NCBI RefSeq assembly: GCF_009914755.1
Contig: NC_060932.1
DNA length: 64,000 nucleotides
From: the human T2T-CHM13v2.0 reference genome, Homo sapiens
Strand: one strand, 5' to 3'
Each line of letters starts with the position of its first letter. The stretch's first letter is position 1. The position numbers and the translations under genes are program-made. Below, one piece after another: positions 55,215 through 64,000 of the stretch. Under the pieces are notes generated by a model. The model saw nothing but the letters and a program-made list of their open reading frames with translations. It did no database searches and had not been told where the DNA came from.

Positions 55215-56528
55215 TTTTTTCTTTTTCAACTTTTATTTTAGATTGTGGAGGTACATGTGCAGGTTTTTTACCTGGGTATACTGCATGTTGCTGAGGTTTT
55301 GGGTATGAAAGACCCGTCGCTCAGGTAGTGAGCATATTACTCAACAATAAGTTGTTCAGACCTTGTACCCCTCCTTCCCTCCTGCCTCAGTGTCTATTGC
55401 TGCCATCTTTGTGTCCATGAGTACCCGATGTTTAGCTCCCACTTACAAAAGAACATGTAGTATTTGGTTTTCTGTTCCTGTATTATTTCACTTAGGATAA
55501 TAGCCTCCAACTTTATCCATGTTGCTACAACAGACACGATTTCTTTCTTTTTTACTGCCATATAACATTTCATGGTATACATGCACCACATTTTCTTTAA
55601 TCTTCCCTTGGTGGGGACTTAGGTTGATTCTGTGACCTTGCTACTGTGAGTGGTGCTGCAATGAACAAGTGAATGCGTGTGTCTTTTCTGTAAAATGATT
55701 TGTTTTATTTTGGATATATACCCAGTCATGGGAATGCTGAGCCAAATGGTAGTTCTATTTTAAATTTTTTGGGAAACCTATAAACTGCTTTCCACAGTGG
55801 CTGAACTAGTTTACATTCCCACCAACAGTGTATAAGCATTCCCTTTTCTCTGCAGCCTTTATTAACAGACATTCTGAATGGTGCGAGATGGTATCTCCTG
55901 TGATTTTAATTTACATTTCTTTGATGATTAGGGATGATGGACATTTTTAAATATGTTTGTTTGCTGCTTCTATGTCTTCTTTTGAGAAGTGTCTGTTCAT
56001 GTCTTTTGACCATTTTTTAACAGGGTCATTTGTTTTTTGCTTGTTCTATTGTTCCAGTTCTTTAAGGACTCTGGATATTAGTCCTTTGTTGGATGCATAG
56101 TTTGTGAATATTTTCTCCCATTCCGTAGGTTGTATGTATACTCTTTTGATGGTTTCTTTTGCTGTGCAGAAGCTGTTTAGTTTAATTAGGTCTCACTTGT
56201 CAATTTTTGTTTTCATTGCAATTGTTTTTGAGGACTTAGTTATAAATTCTTTCCCAAAGCCGATGTCCAAAATGGTATTTTCTAGGTTTTCTTCTAGGAT
56301 ACTTACAGTTCGATGTCATGCATTTAACTCTTTGATACATCTTGAGTTAATTTTTGTATATAGTGAAAGGTAGGGGTCCAGTTTCTTTCTTCCGCATATG
56401 ACTAGCTAGCTATTCTAGCACCATTTATTGAATAGGGAGTCCTTTCTTGATTGTTTATTTTTCTCGACTTTGTCAAAGGTTAAATGGCTGTGGGCATATG
56501 GTTTTATATCTAGGTTCTGTATTCTGGT
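55215..56528 (-). mobile_element. L1PA15/16-like 3' portion
   Basis: caacttttattttagatt...ggtacatgtgcagg...gtccatgagtacccgatgtttagctcccactta. ORF 55394..55591 gives the ORF2p C-terminus. Confidence 0.9.
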
Positions 56529-56852
56529 TTTAGATTGACAGAAAATTGCAAAGATACTACCAAGAATTCTAATATACCCCTCACACATATTTCCCTAATA
56601 TTAATATCTTTTGATATTATGAAATTATTACTAATATATTACTAGTAAGAAAAGTTTGCACTTTATTCAGATTTCATTAGTTTTTACCTAATGGCTTTTT
56701 TTTTCCTCTTACAGGATCCCATCAGAATACACATTGCATTTAGTAGTCATGTCTCTTCAGGGTCCTTGCTTTTAATTTTTTGATGACTTTGAAAGTTTTA
56801 AGTAGTACTGGCCAGGTTGTTTTGTAGAATGTCCTTCAGCTGAGATTTTTCT

Positions 56853-56895
<43 letters not shown>

Positions 56896-57667
56896 CTGTA
56901 CTGGGTTTATGTGGTTTTCCAGAGGAAGACCACGGAGTGAAATTGCCATTCTTATCACATCATATTAAGAGAAAACTACCAGCATGACTTATTACCATTG
57001 ATAATAACCTTGATTACCTGTCTGAGATAGAGTTTTTCAGAATTCTTCATTGTAAATGTATTTTTTTCTGTCCAGACTATGTTTTCAAGAAGTATGTCAC
57101 TATACCCAATGCCAATTATGCAGTTGAAAACTGTGCTTTACTGTGTGAGGGCAGGCTATCTACATAATTATTTAGAATTCTGTTAACATAGATTTATCTA
57201 TTTTCTCAATTTATTATTTATCTGATCATTTTGATAAATCACTCTGGATGCATATATATTTATTTTATACTTTGGGATGTAATCCAATACTATCTTATAT
57301 ATTTTACTGGTCAACTGGTTCCAGTTTTGGGTATTGGGAACTCTTTCTGTGGACTTCAGTGTCACTTTTAAATACTCTAATATAGTAGGATTTGCTGTTG
57401 TTGTTGTTATTGTTTGTTTGTTTGTTTTGTTTTGTTTTGTTTTCAGCACCTCAGCTTCTGGCACTAACATACTTTTCAGGCTGATCTTGCATATATTTCC
57501 TGCCAGTCTAAGAATCAGACATTTCCCCTAGAAGTTCTGCTTGCCTTTATTAGAGAATGGTACTAGAAATCAAAATCTGGATTCTAGATGTGCAAAGTAG
57601 TGGTGCTTTCTAGGCCTTCTCAGCTAGGAAGGAAACATGTGTATACATGCCTGTTCATATACACATA
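56529..57667 (-). mobile_element. L1MD-like 3' end (continues after Tigger1 at 60764)
   Basis: tttagattgacagaaaattgcaaagata...tattagagaatggtactagaaatcaaaatctgg...catgtgtatac. Confidence 0.8.
56855..56894. repeat. Perfect (TG)20 microsatellite
   Basis: Read directly. Confidence 0.97.
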
Positions 57668-57729
57668 GAGGCATACCTTGGTGATACTGTGGGGTTGGTT
57701 CTAGACACTGCAGTAAAAGACCACATATT

Positions 57730-57870
57730 CGGTACAGTGTACTCTGCTCCAATGACAGGTGCACCAAAATCTCAGAAATCATCACTAAAGAACTTACCCA
57801 TGTAACCAAAAGCCAGCTGTACCCCTAAAACTATTGAAGTCAAAATAAAAAATAAAAAGATAAAAAAGAG
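57730..57870 (+). mobile_element. L1PB-like extreme 3' fragment inside Tigger1
   Basis: ggtgcaccaaaatctcagaaatcatcactaaagaacttacccatgtaacc...aactattgaa plus A-rich tail. Confidence 0.85.
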
Positions 57871-58454
57871 AATATCACACTAAAGTGAGTCTTGTAAATT
57901 TTGGTTTATGAAAATATCTATATGGAAGTACATATACAAGTTATATTTAAAATATACTATAGTCTATTATGCATGCAATAGGATTATTTCTTAAAAATGT
58001 ACATAACTTAATTAAAAATATTTAATTGCTAAAGACACTAACAATTATCTTAGCTCTCAGTGAGTCATAATCTTTTTGCTGGGATAGAGTTTGCCTCAAT
58101 GTTGATGACTACTGACTGATTAGAGTAGTGGTTACTGAAGGTTGGGGTGGCTGGGGCAATTTCTTAAAATAGAACAATGAAATTTGCCACATCTATTGGC
58201 TCTTCCTTTCATGAAAAAATTTTCCGTAATGTGATGCTGTTTAATAGCATTTTGAACTTCTTTCAATATTGGAGTCAACTTTCTCAAATCCTGCTACTGC
58301 TTTATCAACTAAGTTTACATAATATTCTAAATTCTTTGTTGTCATTTCAAGAACGTTCACAGCATCTTCACCAGGAAGAGTTTCCTTTGCAATAAACCAC
58401 TTTCTTTGCTCTTCCATACAAATCAGCTCCTCATGTATTCATGTGTTTTCATGA

Positions 58455-58799
<345 letters not shown>

Positions 58800-60317
58800 C
58801 AGATTCTACTTCTAATTCCAGTTCTCTTGCTATTTCCACTGTTTGTTGTTGTTTCCTACACTGAAAACTTGAAGCCCTCAAAGTCCTCCATGGGGGTTAG
58901 AATCAACTTTTTCCAAACTCCTGTTAATGTTGATATTTTGGCCTCACCCATAAAACAGAAATGTTTTTTTAATGGCATCTAGAGTGGTGAATCCTGTCCA
59001 GAAGGTTTTAAATCAACTTGGCCCAGATCCCTCGTAGGAATCACTATTTTTGGAGCTATCACCTTACGAAATGTATTTCCTAATAACAAAACTTGAAAGT
59101 TGAAATTACTCCTTGATCCATGGGCTTCAGAATGGATGCTGTGTTAGGAAGCATGAAAACAAAATTAATCTTATTTTACATCTCCATTAGGGCTCTTGGG
59201 CGAGCAGGTGAATTGTCAGTGAGCAGTAACCTTTTGAAAGGAATCTTATTTTCTAAGCAGTACGTCTCAACAGTGAGCTTAAAATATTTAGTAAACTATG
59301 CTGTAAACAGATGTCCTGTCATCTAGGCTTTGTTATTCTATTCCTAGAGTACAGGTAGAGTAGAATTAGTTTAATTCTTAAAGTCGCTAGCATTTTCAAA
59401 ATGGTACACAGACATTGGCTTCAACTTAAAGCCACCAGCAGCATTGGCCCCTAATAATAGAGCCAGCCAGTTCTTTGAAGCATTGAAAACAGACATTGAC
59501 TTCTCCTCTCTAGCTATGAAAGTCCTAGAAGGCATCCAGCAGAAGGCTATTTTGTCTACAGTGAAAAATTGCTCTTTGGTGTAGTCACCTTCATCATTTA
59601 TCTTCACTAGATTTCTTAATAACTTCCTGCAACTTCTCTATCAGCACTTACTGCTTCACCTCGCATTTTTATGTCATGGAGATGGCTTCTTTCCTTAAAC
59701 CTCATGAACCAACTTCTGCTAGCTTCCAACTTTTCTTCTTCAGTGTCCTCATTTCTCTCACATTTCATAGCATTGAAGAGGGTTAGGGCCTTGCTCTGGA
59801 TTAGGCTTTGGATTAAGTGGATGTTGTGGCTGGTTAGATCTATTCAGACAACTAAAACTTTCTCCGTATCAGCAATAAGCTTGTCTCACTTTCTCACCAT
59901 TTGCATCTTCACTTGAGTAGCACTTATAATTTCCTTCAATAACTTTTCTTTTAAATTTACAACCTGGCTAACTGCTTGTGCAAGAAGCCTACAATTTGCC
60001 CTATTTTGCCTTCCAATACCCCTTCCTCACTAAGTTTAATAAGTTCTAAGTTTTGATTTAAAGTGAGAGGTGTGGGAATTTTCCTTTCACTTGAACACTT
60101 ACAGGCCATGACAGCATAATTACTTGGCCTAATTTCAATAATGTTGTGTCTCAGGGAGTAGGAAGGCCTGCAGAGAGGGAGAGAAATGGGGAAATGAACA
60201 GTCAGTAGAACAGTCAGAACACACACATTTATCAATTAAGTTTGCTGCCTTATACAGGTGTGATTTGTGGCACCCTATAAATAATTATAATAGCAACAAC
60301 TAAGATCACCGATCATC

Positions 60318-60462
60318 AAGAGGCTGATGCAGGAGGATCACTTGGACTGGGAGGTGGAGATTAAAGTTGGCTGAGATCACACCACTGCACTCTAGCCTGG
60401 GTGACAGAGTGGAACTCTGTCTCAAAAAACAAACAAACAAACAAAAACCAAAAAACAAAAAA
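60318..60462 (+). mobile_element. Alu right-arm fragment (FRAM or 5'-truncated AluJ) inside Tigger1
   Basis: gaggctgatgcaggaggatcacttg...ctgtctcaaaaaac. Flanking repeat cac(c/t)gatca. Confidence 0.85.
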
Positions 60463-60763
60463 CACTGATCACAGGTCACCATAACAGATACAATAATATC
60501 TGTTAACATAGTATCTGTTAAATAATATCTGAAAAAAGTATCCATTTTTCAAGTAGTTTGACTAACTGAAAAAGTCAAAATATTGTGAAAATTACCAAAC
60601 TGCAACCCAAAGACACAAAATGAGTACATGCTGTTGGAAAAAAAAAAAAAAAATGCTCTGATAGACTTTCTCCACACAGGCTTGTTACAAACCTTCAATA
60701 TATGAAATATGTAATATCTGCAGAGGTCAGTTAAGTCAAGCACAAGGAAACAAGGTGTGCTTG

Positions 60764-63700
60764 TATCTATTCATACACATTTCTATATGTAACTAATATT
60801 AGCTACTCCTGAGTTTATACTGCTGTCTCTAACTCAACCCTTTATCACATGAAACACCACAGCCTCCTCCCCTTGCTCATCTCATTCTAACAAATGGTTA
60901 TATTATCTGTCATTCATTTATTTAATTGTTCAAATCTAGTATATATGTACAGCAGTATCAGAATAAGCCACTCCACAATGGGAAACAATTTTATCAGGTA
61001 GAGTAGAAGAATTATGCTCAGTCCCTTTCCCCTTTGTCTTACAGACCTTAAGTGAAGTTGCTTCAAACATTTGTAATACAGTAAGATTCTCTTGTCACAT
61101 TCTGCATTTTGTCATATCTCACAACCTCCTAAGTTGTTTTTATTCTAAGATTTTCACACACTGAAGTTAACTCTTTGATTGTAAATTCAATGGGTTTTGA
61201 CACCTGCACAGTATCATGTATGTAGCCACTGTTACAATGTCATACAGAATAGTTTCACTGCCCTAAAAAATCCTCTAGGATCCATTTGTTCCTACTATCC
61301 TGGCCATGGCCTTCAGGAAGCCATGGATCATTTCACTGTTTCTGTAGTTTTTCCTTTAACAGAATGCCAAGTAATTAAAATTGTGAAAATCTAGCCTTTT
61401 TAGATTGGCTTTTTTCACTTAGCAAGGTGCATTTAAGATTTATGACTTTTTTCCTGGCTTGAAAGCTCTTTTTGTTACTGAAGAATATCCCATCATATGG
61501 ATGCAGTATAATTTGTTTATCCATTCACCTGTTGAAGGGCATCACACTTGCTTCTACTATTTGTCAATTATTATATGAAGTGCTATAACATTTCCATGCA
61601 GGTTTATGTGTGGACATATTTTTAGAAATCAATTGGCTCAGAAGGCAGTTTCTGAATTATATTGAGAGACTATCTTTAGCTTTGTAAGAAACTGCCAAAC
61701 TGTTTTCCAAAGTGGCTATACCATTTTGTGTATATGCCTGTAGTAAATGAAAGTTCCTGTTGCCCTACATGCATGCCAACATTGTCATTCATTGACATAA
61801 AAACTAAGTGTCAAGCTCAAGGTTATTTTATACTCCACTTTCTTTTAGAATTTTATAGTATTGCATTTTAAATTTAGGTCTATTATTAATTTTGAGTTCA
61901 TTTTTGTGAAAGGGGTAACACTTATATTTAATTTAATTTTTATTTTTTGCATATGACTTTCTAATAGTTTCAGCACATTTGTCAAAATCTTACCAATTTC
62001 CCATTGAATTGCCATTGCTTCTTTGTTGACCAGTTGATTATATTTATGTGGAGCTATTTCTGGTCTTTTTGTTCTCTTCCATTGATCATGTGTATTCTTT
62101 TGCCAACACCGTGCTGCCTTAATTATTGTAGCTTAATTGTAAGTCTTCAAATTGGGAAACATGAGCCCTTTAACTTTTTCTTTCCCAATATTCTGTTGCA
62201 ATTTAAAGTCTTTTGCTGTTTCATATACATTTTAAAATCACTTTAAAATATCTACAAAATAGCTTTTTGGATTTTGATGGGAATTTCATTAAATTCATTG
62301 ATCAGTTTGAGAAAATCAGCATCTAAGCAATGTTGAGTCCTCGAATCCATGAACATGGAACATCTATTAATTTAGATTGCCTTTGCTCTATCAGCAGAGC
62401 TTTGTAGTTTTCCACATATAATTCTGTACATATATTGCTAAATTTTGACCCCGGTACATCAATTATTTGGTGTTATTGTAAACAGTATTGTTTTTCTAAC
62501 TTCAAATTTAAATTGTTTATTGTTGGTAAGTAGAAAGCAATTAACACTTGCATATTAAATGTCTATCCTTCTACCTTGCTATACTTCTTCATTAGTTCTA
62601 AGAGGTGTCGTGTTTTGTTTTGGTTTTGCTTCTGGTAGATTTTTTGATATGGTGGGTTTGTCTGGATTGCAAACTTTGATTCATACATGCTTAACTGGAA
62701 TAAATCTCATTTGGTGTGATGTATAACTCTTTTTATACATTATTCAGTTTGATTTGCTAATATTTTATTCACAATCATTGTAGCTATATTCATGAGAAAT
62801 ATTGCTCTTAATTTTTTTGTAACGCTTTTAAAAACTTTTGTGGGTGTTAGGTTAATTATGTTATCACAGAATGAGTTACAAACTGTTGCCTCTCCTTCTG
62901 TGTTCTAGACAAAATAGTGGAGGATTAGTATTATTTCTTCATTAAATATGTGATATAATTTACTAACGAAACTCTAGATTTCGTGCTTTCTTTTTGTAAT
63001 GTTATTATTTATTCGTTAAATATCTTTAATAAACATAGGCCATTTTGTAATATCTATTTCTTCTTGCGGAAATTTACCCAGATCATGTAAGTTATCAAAT
63101 CTGTGGGCATAGAGTTGTTCACAGTGTTCCTCTATTAGCCTTTTGGTATCCATGGGATCAATAAGTATGATCCCTCTTTCATTTCTGACACTGGTAATTT
63201 GTATCTTTCTCTCTTTATTTCTTGGTGAGTTTCCTAGCAATTTCTCATTTTCTTTATCTTTTCAAAAAACAAGCATTATGTTTCATTATTTTTTCCCTGT
63301 TGTTTTTTGTGTTTGCTTTCCATTTCATTGATTTCCTCTGTAGTTTTTGTTATTTGCTTTCTTTTTACTTTAGGCTTTGATTGCTGCTTTTTCTAATTCT
63401 GTATTGTGAGAGCTTAGATCATTGATTTTAACCTTCTTTACTAATACATGCATTCAATGGTTTAAATTTATCTCTAAGCACTGCTTTGCCTGCATGTCAC
63501 AAATATTGATAAGATGTATTTTCACTTTTATTGAGTTCAAAATATTTTTAAATTCTCTTCAGACTTCTTAATGACTCACATGCTATATAGAAGAGTACTG
63601 ATTAACCTCCAAATAGCTGGGGATTTTTGAGGTCTCTTTATTTTACTGATTTTTATTTTAAATTCTTCATTGTCTGGGAACGTATTTGTATAATAAATAT

Positions 63701-64000
63701 TTTTTTTTTCAAAAAATAGTTAAAATTTGTTTTCTGGCATAGAATATAGTCTGCTTTTATAAATTTTCCATATAAGCTTGAAAAAAGTATATGTTTTGCT
63801 ACCTGTAAATGGTATATTCTATAAAAGTCTATTATAACAATAGTACTGTTCAGTCCAACTGTATTTTTAAAAAACTGCTACCTGCTTGAACTATCAGTTT
63901 TTGAAAAAATGCCATTATAGGCTAAAATTATAATAAACATATATTTCTCCTTTCAGTTCTATCAGTGTTTTTGCCACACATATAATAACATGCTGTTGTT
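60764..64000 (-). mobile_element. L1MD-like LINE 3' UTR and ORF2 (runs off the window)
   Basis: Collinear with the L1MD at 25960-29130. ORF 63016..63240(-) IQITSVRNERGII.IDPMD.KR.I.E..EQLYAH.FDNL is ORF2p-like. Confidence 0.88.

Noticed and set aside
59371-60235. TIGD1-like transposase ORFs as a domesticated gene
   Set aside because: Fragmented by stops and frameshifts, with an Alu inserted in the element. It is a decayed Tigger1.

Overview
Primate (most likely human or another hominoid) AT-rich genomic DNA. It is almost entirely intron of a + strand gene that I recognise as SNTG1 (gamma-1 syntrophin). Four small coding exons (34229-34285, 45357-45414, 46245-46288, 46377-46418) have canonical AG/GT ends and splice in frame to ERTVTIRRQTVGGFGLSIK-GGAEHNIPVVVSKISKEQRA-ELSGLLFIGDAILQ-INGINVRKCRHEEV, which is most of the PDZ domain. 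The rest is interspersed repeats: about 13 Alus, many L1 and L2 fragments, MIRs, six solo LTRs, MER1A, MER2, MER44, Tigger3 and an essentially full-length, degraded Tigger1. There are also microsatellites and a repeat-poor block at about 30.4-39.1 kb. Nearly all ORFs in the supplied track are spurious or repeat-derived. I found no credible new biological system. The most interesting signals are local: two template-switch-type inverted-repeat scars, nested TE stacks, a same-site double Alu insertion, a TSD that grew a poly-G tract, splicing/circRNA possibilities for the PDZ exons, and candidate RFX and NF-kB sites. Repeat subfamily names come from recalled consensus sequences, not from a RepeatMasker run, and boundaries of old repeats are approximate.
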